Assembly (NCBI GenBank): GCA_964252035.1
Contig: OZ176203.1
DNA length: 64,000 nucleotides
Source: Podarcis erhardii
Lineage: Eukaryota
Direction: 5' to 3' (one strand)
Below are positions 14,023 to 26,012 of the stretch, piece by piece (position 1 is the first letter of the stretch; each line of letters starts with the position of its first letter). Under the pieces are notes generated by a model, which saw only the letters and a program-made list of their open reading frames with translations, had not been told where the DNA came from and made no database searches. The position numbers were made by a program, and so were the translations under genes.

Positions 14023-14516
14023 TTATTATTTATACCCCGCCCATCTGGCTGGGCCTCCCCAGCCACTCTGGGCGGCTTCCATAGAAACCAAAAATACAGT
14101 AAAATATCACACGTTAAAAACTTCCCTGAACAGGGCTGCCTTAAGATGTCTTCTGAATGTCAGGTAGTTGTTTATCGCTTTGAAATCTACTGGAAGGGCG
14201 TTCCACAGGGCGGGCGCCACTACCGAGAAGGCCCTCTGCCTGGTTCCCTGTAGCTTTGCTTCTCGCAATGAGGGAACCGCCAGAAGGCCCTCGGCGCTGG
14301 ACCTCAGCGTCCGGGCAGAATGATGGGGGTGGAGACGCTCCTTCAGGTATACTGGACCGAGGCTGTTTAGGGCTTTAAAGGTCAGCACCAACACTTTGAA
14401 TTGTGCTCAGAAACGTACTGGGAGCCAATGTAGGTCTTTCAAGACCGGTGTTATATGGTCTCGGCGGCCGCCCCCAGTCACCAGTCTAGCTGCCGCATTC
14501 TGGATTAGTTGTAGTT
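13988..14516 (-). mobile_element. L2 LINE 3' fragment with (ATT)n tail
   Basis: ORF 14107-14394(-) encodes FKALNSLGPVYLKERL...RQRAFSVVAPALWNALP, the L2 ORF2 C-terminus. It is followed by the gaagccgcccagagtggctgg 3' motif and an ATT repeat. Confidence 0.92.
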
Positions 14517-14574
14517 AGTGCTGTGGTGAGAGACTGTAGTCGGAATAACAAGTAACTCTTCTATAGTTAGTATA

Positions 14575-14796
14575 GATAGGTAGCCATGTTGGTCTGCCAT
14601 AGTCAAAACAAAATAAAAAAATTCCTTCCAGTAGCACCTTAAAGACTAAGTTAGTTCTAGGTATGAGCTTTCGTGTGCATGCTTTCTTCTGTATATCTGA
14701 AGAAGTGTGCATGAAAACGAAAGCTCATACCTAGAACTAACTTAGTTGGTCTTTAAGGTGCTACTGGAAGGGATTTTTTTATTTTGTTTTGACTAT
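14575..14796. mobile_element. Penelope-like element terminal fragment arranged as an inverted repeat
   Basis: Arms 14599-14683 and about 14709-14796 are reverse complements. The motif gtagccatgttggtctg...gtagcaccttaaagactaa is typical of reptile Penelope ends. A 14-bp direct repeat ctatagttagtata flanks it at 14561-14574 and 14793-14806. Confidence 0.8.
14693..14731 (+). ncRNA. Minimal type I hammerhead ribozyme motif (Penelope type), stem II damaged
   Basis: The motif is UAU-CUGAAGA-A-GUGUGCAUGAAAAC-GAAA-GC-UC-AUA: conserved core boxes, palindromic AGCU at stem III, and a 3-bp stem I. The predicted cleavage site is after C14726. Confidence 0.65.
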
Positions 14797-15328
14797 AGTT
14801 AGTATATTTTACATACTTTTGCTAACAGCTGTTCATATCTGGAGTAGCTTTGAAAATCCTTCACAATAAAGTAGTTTGTTTATAACTTCTAGAGCAGTGA
14901 GTTTTTCTAGTCAGTACCCCTGAATATTTCCCTGTAATTAACTTGGTTGAAATGTGAGGTTTAGATTAGAGTGACCTGTTAGATCTACACAACAAGTGAA
15001 TTTGCACCTAACCCGATATAAAGATCTACATTGGGATCTGCCGCCTGTGGTGGTCACTTCACCTTGCCATCCCGGTCTGATGGTTTGGGAACGAAAAGTT
15101 GTGTGATGTGAAGCAACAGGTTCTTCTTCACTCCTAACTGTGGATCCTGAGAATAAAGAGAAGGTTTGCTAGGCATACAAGAATGTAATTTTGCATAAAG
15201 TTTGCATATACTAATTATATATATATGTTGATGTAATATAAGTTGGATTGTGAACAACAATCCAATTCACAATAATGTGAATAACAACTGATAATTTCTC
15301 CAGGAAGAGGAAATTGTGCAGATTTCCT

Positions 15329-15329
<1 letters not shown>

Positions 15330-15361
<32 letters not shown>
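15330..15361. repeat. (GT)16 microsatellite
   Basis: Read directly from the sequence. Confidence 0.98.
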
Positions 15362-15364
<3 letters not shown>

Positions 15365-17655
15365 ATCCCCAAGAGGCTTTGAGGAATGTGCATATCTCAA
15401 CTTTATTTTGTATAATCATCGGGCAGTATGCACATCTTCTGGTTAATAGGTCAGTAGGTCTTGAGAACTCTGCATATGTCACAGTTATTTTGTACATTCT
15501 CTGGGTGAAACACCTGGAGTACTTCAAAATAATCTGCTCATAATTTTCATCCATCTCTTATGCAGTGAAGATAATCTCTATGTAACAGAGAATATGCAGA
15601 AAGCAGCATTATATGAAGGAATTTTGTATTGACTGCTTGACATATTATCTCTGCAAGTTATGTTGAGGAATAGTCACAAATAACCAGGAGCACCCAGCAG
15701 GGAGGTTGTTCATATAGTTCAGTAGTAGCAAATAGTTTGCAAACTATTTGCTGAATACTGGAGCTAAGAGCCAAGTTACATTGGGGGGGTGCGCATGCTT
15801 AAGCTGGCAAGTTTCATTGGAAAAGTAGCCATGTGAAGCACTAAACTGGAATGTGCTCCTGATCCAAATCAGGGCCCCGCACGGTTCCCACCAAAACTGC
15901 TTCCCTGGCTGCTACTTTCCCCCAAAGTGCAGATGCTACAAGCAGCACCTTTAGGAGCAAATAGCAGACATGGGGATCTTGTGGTTGTTGTTGTTGTTGG
16001 AGGAGAAAATGGGCCTGGGGTCCCAATCCAGATTTGAGGCATGTTCTAGATGGGGGCCCCATAGTTGTTTTCCCTTTACAATTAAAATAGCACACATTTA
16101 AAAAAGCATGAATAACATAATGTGTAGTTTGGCCCTAAGATGCTGTTGAAATTGAGATAGCAGCAAAGTATCAGTAAATTGAACTAGTTTTCAGAAAATA
16201 GACCCGTCATTTTCTTCTAATGTTGTTTTTGTTGTTGTTTTCTGCTTCTTGAAAAATAATGTCCTCTTCTCATGCTTCAGTTGACATATCTGTGATTTTG
16301 AACAGATTTGGAAAAATCACCAATATTTTGACAGGGTTCCTTGGCAATGAAATGTTCCTAAAACTCATTTGTCATAACTAGCCAAAGCAATGGATTGGAT
16401 GGATACATTGTTGTGACACAGCCAATTTCTCCTCATTTTCACAATCTTTGGTGATTTTAGGTGGTGGCAACTCTCCTTCTAGTAGCAGCAGCTCTTTGTG
16501 GAATTTGTGCTATCTCTGCATGAAGAAGTTTCATTCTCTGCCCTTGGGACACTTTACCAAAGTGCTCTCTCTGTATTAAAGCAGCTGCACATGGACCACA
16601 CATGGATCAGCCAACAGGGACTGCAATCTATTGTCTCCCTGCTCAGCCAGAGGGTGACTTAGAACTTTTCAGCTTATCTGAAGTGTGAATAATCTTTTTT
16701 TTTAAGAAGTAAAGAACCATTACCTAGTCATTAGTTGGGTCATATTTTCCTGCAAGGAGGACAAACAGGAAGATTGAGTCTTAAACTAGAACCCTTCTCT
16801 GATCAAACCCTCTGAATGATAAGCTTTCTCAAGATCTCAAGTAAAGAGCATATCATGCTCTTATGAATTCTTTTCTTCCAAGCCTATTGCTTAGTCCAAC
16901 TGGCCTTGTTTACTAACAGTTGGAAACATGCCACTTCAGTGCCTATTGCTATCTAGGAATCTCAAGTCATGTGCTGTTTCATCTTTGGACCTGGCCTCTG
17001 ATCCTGCCTGACCCTTTCATCCTTGGTGTTATGGCCCTAATCCTTCTCCGGTTTGATATGCACTTGGATTACGTCTGCCTTCCTTCCTGCAAGGTCTGAT
17101 TCCTCTGGCTTTTCACCCCTTCACCTACATTTATAAATGAATGCTCACCCAGCTATTGAAAATGCCTTAGTAACATTGATAACAGATTGCATCATAGGGT
17201 ATTAAAGGAACTTGGAGATGTGATCTCAGATTATCTGTCATAGTTTTCTTTTCTTTCTTTTTTTGGAAAATGAGTGAAGTGCCACAAGATTCAAGGCAGA
17301 CAAATGTCCCCAACTTTTAAAAGGGAATGGGGAAGAGGATCCAGGCAACTATGCACTGGTCAGCTTGACATTCATACTTGGAAAGGTTCCAGGACAGATA
17401 ATTAAGCAGCAAATTTGTGAGGGTTTTTTTTGGGGGGGGGGGGAGGGCAGAACACTTTGATCACAAAGAGCCAGCATAGGCTTCTCAATAACAACTCGTG
17501 GCAGACCAACCTTATCCCTTCAATTTTTATACAGTTACTAGCCTTCTAGAATGACATAGATGCAGTATATCTAGATTTTAGCAAGACATTTGGCATGTTT
17601 TCCCCATGATCTTCTTATCAGCAAGCTGATAAAATGTGGACTTAATGATAGTACT

Positions 17656-18110
17656 TGTCAGGGAACTGCCATCAGTGCCGGAGGGAGAGAGCAAAAGCCA
17701 GAGGGATCATAGAGAGCGTCCAGGGATCAAGAGAAGCAGCCCATCTTCTGGGGAAGGAAATCAGCGTAGCACCAGTGGAGGGGTGGGCAGGAGGCTGAAG
17801 TGGCGAGGCGGTCCCATGATTCCTTGCCTGGGACCAGCGAGGAGAGTAGGGGTCCTCCGTTGCCCACGCCCTCTCTGCGCAGAAGGCTCCCGCGCAGAGA
17901 GAGTAGGAGGAGACTGGGGGTCAAAGAGCTTCTTCGCTGGAAGAAGTTTAAGAAACGCCCACTCATGGATTCTGCCAGCGACTGAGTCAGCCACGGGTGA
18001 GTGGCGGTCCGGACAGATAAGGTTTACTTTGGCAGCCCAGCCAGGTGTTTGCACCCAGCCAGGGAGATAGTTGCCTGCTTGCGCACGAGCAACCCCTAGA
18101 AAACATTACA
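17656..18110. mobile_element. Probable solo LTR inserted in the CR1 fragment
   Basis: Ends are TGTCAGGG...ATTACA (TG...CA), with a 5-bp near-TSD gtact/atact. The CR1 sequence resumes immediately afterwards. It is GC-rich compared with its flanks. Confidence 0.65.
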
Positions 18111-18239
18111 ATACTGTTACATAGATTTGTGGATGGTTGATTAACCATACCATACTTATCGAACTGGAGAGAAGTGATGTGGAGTGTCATGAGATTCTGC
18201 CTTGGGTGCTCTTTAACATATTTATTAATGGCTAGAATG

Positions 18240-18545
18240 CCATGTCCTTAGAGGGCATAAAAAGTCCCAAGATTTGTCAGGGATTGATTTAACTTTATTA
18301 GTTACACAAATGAAAAGGTGCTTCGAGTATGTCCTGTATGTGAGGCTGTGGAATTCATAACTCTTTCACTTTGTAATTTGCTCCTTGTCGATCTTCTTTT
18401 TCTTCAGTGTATACTACCTGTGAGGCATGTTGATAGAAAACAGGAAGTGATTAATGCTCAGGGAGGTGTTTGGTTATTTTATATTTGGTTTGGTTGTATT
18501 TTACTTTCATTTATATTTGTCTACATAAAAATCAATAAAAATGAA
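18240..18545 (+). mobile_element. Possible 5'-truncated LINE 3' end of unassigned clade, nested in CR1
   Basis: It separates the CR1 motifs NIFIN and LIKFAD. It encodes RVCPVCEAVEFITLSLC (like a decayed zinc knuckle) and ends in aatcaataaaaa. Confidence 0.35.
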
Positions 18546-20132
18546 ATGAAGGGAATGAAGGGGGTGCTCATAAAATTTGCAGATCGCACCAAATTATGTG
18601 GGGGCTTAGAATACAGAAACTGAAACTCAAGATGGTCTTAACAGAATGGAGAACCTGGCCAGTACTAGAAATGATTCTCAACAGAGATAATGCCAGTGTT
18701 GCATTTAGGGAGGGAGAATCAAATGCCCAGGCACAGGATGGGTGACACCTTGCTTGGTAACAGTACCTGCAACAAGGATCATGAGTCAGCAGTGTGGTGT
18801 GGTAGCTAAAAAGTATAATGCAATTCTAGATTGCATCAACAGAAGTATAGGGTTGTATGCAACTTAGCACTAAGGTCAACGGAGATTTCTCCTTGTGCAA
18901 TGGAATGTTCTCCCCCTCTCCCATGCACTCTCTAAATCTGTTTTGAAGGAAATTTGGGGAGGAGACAGGTTGGGATCCTGTTGCACTAGTGCTAATCCTT
19001 GCGCTAGCACAACTGTTTTGCAGCTAAGTAAGGTTAGTCACTCAAAAGAGCTATTGTGGCTTATTGAGGTTAATCTGTGACGTGCATTGTAAAGGAAACA
19101 TTGTTGCTCCTTTCCATCTAAATGCCTTGAACTCTAGGAATTGTTAGGCAGCTAATACTATTGGACTACAGTCCTCGGAGCTCTCAGAGCACAGTTTACT
19201 GGGCTACTGATTATTCCAAGTGAGCTTTTAAATTCAGATCCATAGGTAGGCTATGCCTAATGCTAACCCTCCAGTGCTGATGAGGGCTAGCCATGTAAAG
19301 GACACTGTTACTGAAATTGGGAATATAATAGGTAAAGATATGTAACTTTCTGAGCTAGCTAGTACAGTCCTTCAAAATCATTTTTTTAGGGAATAGAAAA
19401 ACAATAATTTTCCAGAAGCTTCTGAATAAATACTCTGTCCCTTGTCCTTGTTTGACCTCTAGGAACTGAAAATTCATTTCATCGTGACAGAGTAGAAAGC
19501 TTACGTATCTCAGTGCCAAATTTGAGCTGCAGTTGGTTGAGCAAGAACTACAACTTGAGCAAAGTGAAATTTTATAGGGTGTCAGATGAAAATGCAACAG
19601 AGAACTAGTTACAGATAAGTAAGAGAGACTGTGTGACAAACAATGGGAACACGATGTAGACTTTTACTGTATAAACCTTCACTGCATTTCCAGATTTCAA
19701 TAGAAGATTGCCCTTGGGAAAAGAAGAAAAATGTTTTTCTTTTACTTTTTTTGCAGAGCCTCCAGGAATCTGCCCCATCCCTTAGCAAACTGTGGCAGCC
19801 TCCAATCCAATTTGAATGGTCCACCTAGCAAACTTCAGTAGTTTCCTCACTCCTCTGCTACCTGTTTAATTTAATGATTTCCAAATTAGAAATTCTGCAT
19901 TCATTGTTGCAGGTTTGTTGTGCTTGTCCACCACCACAAAAATGTCTTCTCCGTGCAAGGAACATAACTGAGTCATTGGATTATTCTAGGTGCAATTTCC
20001 ATCCAAATACAGTTGGCTATGGCACCAAGCACAGTTTGCAAAACACCATAGTCCAGATATAGGGGACCAGTATACCAATGAAAAGAAAATAGCAGCTAAT
20101 ATTTTAGAGCACTGGTTTCTCATAATCCAGTA

Positions 20133-20320
20133 AAAAGGTAAAGGTAAAGGTACCCCTGCCCGTACGGGCCAGTCTTGACAGACTCTAGGGTTGTGCGCTC
20201 ATCTCACTCTAGAGGCCGGGAGCCAGCGCTGTCCACAGACATTTCCGGGTCATGTAGCCAGCGTGACAAGCTGCATCTGGCGAGCCAGCGCAGCACACGG
20301 AACGCCGTTTACCTTCCCGT
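20133..20320 (-). mobile_element. Sauria SINE, 5'-truncated
   Basis: It matches 6062-6370 and has an 11-bp TSD ataatccagta at 20122-20132 and 20321-20331. Confidence 0.93.
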
Positions 20321-22419
20321 ATAATCCAGTACAGGTCACAAATCTGAGTTAGGTGATAGCAGAAGCATACAGCAGCTTTTTATGGCATTACATTTTCTTG
20401 TTTTTCTCAAAATTGGTTTCCACTTGTTTTCAGCGAGCTAATCTAAGCAGAGGTTTAGGATCAGAGTTTTCCTTCTCCTAGATGGGCTACTGTCCTAGGT
20501 TGCTGAACTCAATCTGCCCCACCTTGGGGTGTTAGGGAAGGATTAGTACTTCTGTTGGGGGGCACGTCATGTTCCTTCTGGGGTAGCTTATACACCTTTG
20601 GTCTTCACCCTGCACTAAGCTTTCACCTGTGGCTCCTAGAAGCTGTCAGCATGCAACAGTGGCTGCACCTCTAGAACCCCTGTGACTGGCTGGCTGTACC
20701 AGGTGAGGGTAGCCAATACATCTCAAACCATGGGTGAGTTGGGGACTTTCCCTGCATGTAAAAACAGGCTCTGATGGATTGAGCAGCCAAGACCAATAAT
20801 GAGTCCCGTGGTCAAGAAGACAGTTTTTGCATGTACTGTAGAGGGAAGTGACGGGCAGATAGAGCTCCCAGCTTATCTGGCCATTGGCCATGCTTGCTAA
20901 GGCTGATGCAAGCTGTACTTCAACAACATCTGAAGGATTACAGGTTCCCCACCTGCTATAGAAGCTCTCTGTCAATCGAATCAGTTTGCAAATACACCTC
21001 TTAGCTGTTAGTTAACAGGTTCCTATTAATATATTTGCTTCTGTGGGTGCAGCATTCAGCAGAAGAGTTCTGCAGAAGGTACTTACTGAATCTGTAGCAT
21101 GATTGCTTCTGCCCTTTGGATTTATTCCTTTTGTGCATTTCCCCAGCCAGGGACTACTTCCCCACTCCTTCCCCCCATGGCAGCAGCAGGAGGAGAAGCC
21201 AGCCATTGAAACTCCTCCCACTTTGAACATGGGGGGCACCCTCTCCCCAATAATATGGGTTGAAGGGCTTGGCCCCTAGGAGATGGCACCCCTGATGGCA
21301 TATGACGTCTTCTGCTGTTTTCTTTAGATTCTGTGTTAGGAGTTCCATTTTTGTAGGATATGACAGTCTTTTCCAGGATTGGTTTGGGAATGAAGAGATG
21401 GCACTTGATTGCATGTTTCTAATAGAAGGTGCTATCCCAATAATAAAGACTGCCACACCCAGCCATAACCACTGAGAATAGGAAATTTCAACTCATTTGT
21501 TTAAAAAGCACTGGAAAGTTCGAATAGATATTTTCTTTCAGTAGATATCTCACAGAGATGTTCTTTCAGTAAATAAATATCAGAGGTGGGAAGGAAGCAT
21601 TGGTGATATGCTGATTTGTTAGAATTTATATCTGCAGGAAAGAGAACTCTGAAAGAGACTAAATTTAGATACTTTCCAGCGTGTACAGTGTGAGGTGCAG
21701 GGTAGATGTACCTTCTGCTTATGTGCATTGTAAGTAATAGGATATGACAGACCATATCAGAGAAGAGGTGCTGATTAATGAGCAGCTCAGGAAAGGAGGT
21801 CAACAAGTGATGAAGGGTCACAATCCAATTTATGAAAGGGGGAAAGAGGAGAATCAAAGCATTAGTATGAGGAGTTAAGTAGAAAGGCCATTAATCAGCA
21901 TTGCCTTTATAAAATACCAAAATGTTTTTGCTGACTTTATTCCCTTTGCAAGCCAACACTGCATATGAAAATATGAGCATATAAAACTTCATCTTCAAGG
22001 ACCTCAGTGCTATATAAAAGAGAACATCCATTATGAAAAGTAGAAAAATTATTATTGTATTTTTAGCAGTTATCCTTGCCGGAACCACACATGAATGATT
22101 GTATGCCTCGTTGATAAGAGATTCAAAATTTATACAAGAATATCTGCACATGTTTTCACTTCTGTGTAAAGGCAAGAGTTCTTTGGTGTCAGGCTCTTCT
22201 TAACTCATTCATGGTATGGAAGGTAACTAGAACAGGTTCAATCCATGGCATCTCCAATTAAAATAATAATATAGTAGGCAATGTTAAAGACTTCTGCAGA
22301 GACTCTGCAGAGCTACTGCAAGTCAGAGTAGACAATACTGCACTAGATGGACAAAGCATAAGTCAGCTTCCTATATTTCTGAGTTTGGGAGCTTTATTTC
22401 TTTCTGTAGCATGCTTTGC

Positions 22420-23076
22420 CTTTCTTTTTTCTTTTAAAAATAAAATTTATTAAAGATCTCTTAGTTTACAAAAATACGTGCATTGTCTCTTTCTTCAAGT
22501 TGTGTTTTCTACAGATCAGTTACATTTGTTGTGAGACATTAGTGTTGAATGCAGTAGTAGCTTGGGAAGAAAAGAGGGGGAAGGGGGAGGGGAGTGCATA
22601 GGATAAAGTGGGGTGACAAAGCTTCTATTTTTCTGCTTAGTGTATGTGTGGGGTTTTGTGTCAGCGTCACGTGTGGGTTTTCTTTCTATTCGCTTGTTAT
22701 ATTTCCTTGGTGGTGAGAGAGGTTGGGGGTGACCTAGGGTGTGGTAGGTTGTCTTTGGTTGGCTATAGTGAGATTTGTTTATGTGTGTGAGTGCATGAGA
22801 GGGTGGGTTTTTAGGTCAGGTTAGCCATATTGATTCATATGCTGTCAGCGGATTCTTGTTGTTGTCTTGTTGGGCTATGTATATGATAAAGGGGAACCAT
22901 ATCGGGTGAAGGCATCTTCTTTTATTTTATATTATTTGTCCCCATGTCAGTTTCAGTTTATTGGTTAGTTTTTCTAGTAAGGCTAGAAAAACCCTATGCT
23001 GTATTGTTTTTGATATTCGGATGGAAGCCGCCCAGAGTGACTGGGGAGACCCAGTCAGATGGGTGGGGTATAAATA

Positions 23077-23125
<49 letters not shown>

Positions 23126-24672
23126 TGATACCGTTGGTCCATGTTTACCCCTGACAGGTCTCTCCAGTGTCTGGCTATGATGTTTCTGGCTGCTGAGAGT
23201 AGATGGGTTATGAGCTCTTTATAATGTGAGTGGGCATTATTATTTTGGAAGATGTTCAATAGGGCCAGTTCTGGGGTGACTTCTAATACTTGTTTAGTTA
23301 TTTTGCTTATTTCTTGTACGACTGATGTCTAGAAGAGTTGAATTTTGGGACAGTCCCACCACATGTGGAGGTATGTGGCTGTGGAGGTGCATCTTCTCCA
23401 GCATTTTGGTGAGGCTCCTGATGTATCAGTGCTAGTTCCTATGGTGTTAAGTACCATCTGTAAGTGAGTTTCAGGATGAGTTCTGTCATCCTCCCGTTGT
23501 TTTTTGATTATGTCAAGGGGGTCTGTGGGATTTTGGAACAGTATTTTGTATATTGTGGATACCATCTCTTTGCCGTGTCCCTTTGCTGTTAGGAGGAGGT
23601 TTCCAAAGGTTGTCAAGGGCATAGATGCTGCTGTTTTTACTACTGGATTGTTTAAGAAGGCATGTAATTGGTGGTGTGTTAGCCAGGGCATTTGGGTGTC
23701 CCCTAGTTTGTCTTGTATTTCTTGTGTTGATGTGGGTTTGTTATTTTTGTAGAAGCCTGCTAGATGATATAAGCCTTTGGGCTTGCCAGGTTTTTATCTG
23801 GAAGTTTTGTGCTGCATGATGAAATAGTGGGTGATGAGCCAAGGGGATTAGTGGGGATGGGGTTGGGGACAGTTTGCCGGCTTCTTCCTTCTATGCTTTA
23901 AGCATGGTCTGTGTGAACCTGTTTAGTGTTGTGAGGATTTTCCTTAGTTTGTTTGGGAGGAATGGGTATGCTATGGCGGGGGTATTTTCGATTATGTCTC
24001 TCTTCAGGTGTACCCATTGTTTTGTTTCGTCTTCTAGAATGTATGGGATTATGTGGCACACTTGGTTGGCAATGTAGTGAAGGGGCAAGTTGTAGGTATT
24101 TGGGGTTTATTCTTGGTTTTTTGTGTGAGAAGATAAACGAGTGTAATTTTTTCTGCCATTTGCAGAGTTGGGTTGCAGGAATCCAGACTGGGAGGGTTTA
24201 GAATAGGTAGGTTAATTTTGGGAGGGTGATCATTTTGATCATGGCTATTTTGTCTGAAAGGGTGAAGTTGGTGTTGTTCCAAGTCCTCAAGTCTTTGTTG
24301 ATTGTCACCACAAGGGGTTGTAATTGTGGAGATATAGTTTGTTGAGGTTTCTGGTTATTTGTACCCCTAGGTATCTGTACTTGGTGCAGCAGTTTTATCT
24401 TAGTGATGTTGGCAAATTCTTTTTGGAATGGCGGGGTGAAACACATAGCCTCAGATTTTGCACAGTTTACTTGTAGGCCCGATACCATTGCAAATGTGTT
24501 GAGTTCTTTGGTGGTTGCTGTGTTTATGGGGTCTGGTGTTGTGACCATCAGGTCGTCTGCAAAGAGCCCTAATTTATAGGTTCTGCCTTTTATTTCCACT
24601 CCCTTGATGTCTGTGGTTGCTCAGATTTGGACTGCTAGAGGTTCCAGAGCCAGAATGAATAGAAAGGGAGAC
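22420..24672 (-). mobile_element. L1-clade LINE, 5'-truncated ORF2 (RT plus C-terminal zinc knuckle) and 3' UTR, disrupted
   Basis: The minus strand encodes SPFLFILALEPLA...YKLGLFADDL (RT) and CWRRCTSTATYLHMWWDCPKI (L1 C-terminal knuckle). It has several stops and frameshifts and a T-rich tail near 22420. Confidence 0.9.
22986..23124 (+). mobile_element. L2 3' tail with (ATT)n, nested in the L1
   Basis: gaagccgcccagagtgactggggagacccagtcagatgggtggggtataaat plus an ATT repeat splits the L1 reading frame between YQI and ALLEKL. Confidence 0.88.
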
Positions 24673-24997
24673 TGCTAATAGGTATTTCCATTCAAGGCAA
24701 TCAAAAGCTTTGAGGATGTCTAGGGACATAATTGACAGTGGGAGTTTAGTTGCCTTGCTATGTTCGATCAGATTCAGTAGTTTCCTAATGGGTTCTGATA
24801 CATTGTGATCAGAGACAGCACCTTTCTAAATGGACTTTGTAAATAAGGAAAAGATTGGCATTCATGGTTTCTGTTATGTTTTGCCTGCACTGTACATCCA
24901 AATCTAACAAGATTCCCACCAACCTCCGTAAGCTAATATTCAATGCACAGGGAAGAGCATTAGAACTTTGATATATTTGGATTCTGCACAATCCAAT

Positions 24998-25484
24998 TGT
25001 TGTTGTTTAGTCGTTTAGTCGTGTCCCACTCTTCGTGACCCCATGGACCAGAGCACGCCAGGCATTCCTGTCTTCCACTGCCTCCCGCAGTTTGGTCAGA
25101 CTCATGTTTGTGGCTTCCAGAACACTGTCCAACCATCACGTCCTCTGTCGTCCCCTTCTCCTTGTGCCCTCAATCTTTCCCAACATTAGGGTCTTTTCCA
25201 GGGAGTCTTCTCTTCTCATGAGGTTGCCAAAGTACTGGAGCCTCAGCTTCATGATCTGTCCTTCCAGTGACCACTCAGGGCTGATTTCCTTAAGAATGGA
25301 TGCGTTTGATCTTCTTGCAATCCATGGGACTCTCAAGAGTCTCCTCCAGCACCATAATTCAAAAGTAGCAATTCTTCGGCGATCAGCCTTCTTTATGGTC
25401 CAGCTCTCCAGCCCATACATCACTACTGGGAAAACCATGGCTTTAACTATACGGACCTTTGTTGGCAAGGTGATGTCTCTGCTT
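24998..25484 (-). mobile_element. RTE-BovB LINE 3' fragment
   Basis: It encodes RDITLPTKVRIVKAMVFPVVMYG.ESWTIKKADRRRI..FELWCWRRLLRVPW...LEKTLMLGKIEG and has a (CAA)n tail. Confidence 0.95.
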
Positions 25485-25917
25485 AGAAACCTGAGAATTA
25501 CTTTGCTGGATTTCAGTGCAAAGTTCATCTTGGCCAGCAGTCCGTCTCCAACAGCCAATTGTTCCTCAGAAATTTCAAAAAAAGGCATCTCAAGAATGCC
25601 CATCCTTTTTTGTTTGCTCACATTATGGTATTCAGAAGTATATCACCACCATGATAAATAGCTATGGATACCATGAATATGTCCAGTTGTTGTAAGGTTA
25701 TCTAACCAATGCTGGTCACCACTTCTTGTAATGTATTCCTTAAGTTAATTGTGCATTGGCTGAAGAATGACTACTTCTTTTTCTATCCCAGAATTATTAC
25801 CAGTAGTGTTATGACTCACTTGTATCTAGAATAATTTAGTATGATTTACAAACTGTTTACCCTGATTCCAGATCATTTACGAATAACTCACTTATACTTC
25901 ATTTTGTTTCTTTCCAG

Positions 25918-26012
25918 TACAGGCACAGCTTTTCTCTGCCCCAATGAATGTCTGCGCTAGGTCTAAAACTTGGAGTGATTTACCTGAAGAGTGATACCAT
26001 CAAGAAACCACT
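25918..26012 (+). CDS. ZBTB20: Candidate upstream ZBTB20 exon (95 bp); ATG at 25948 is in frame with the 37710 exon
   Basis: Branch-like aactcac, acceptor ttttgtttctttccag| and donor ct|gtaagt are present. The 65 nt from ATG to donor end in phase 2, matching the phase-2 start of exon 37710, giving MSALGLKLGVIYLKSDTIKKPL-KKPKTAE. There is no transcript evidence. Confidence 0.55.

Larger units (their letters stand above)
17198..18848 (+). mobile_element. Degenerate CR1 RT fragment, interrupted at 17656-18110 and about 18240-18545
   Basis: Successive decayed CR1 motifs occur in order: VLKEL.DVIS, EDPGNY.LVSLT..GK, ITKSQH, DAVYLDFSK, WREV, LFNIFIN, LIKFAD.TKL.G, NAIL.CINRSI. Confidence 0.85.

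Noticed and set aside
25035-25661. Long + strand ORFs at 25035-25661 and 47363-48148
   Set aside because: They are the antisense open frames of BovB fragments, not host genes.
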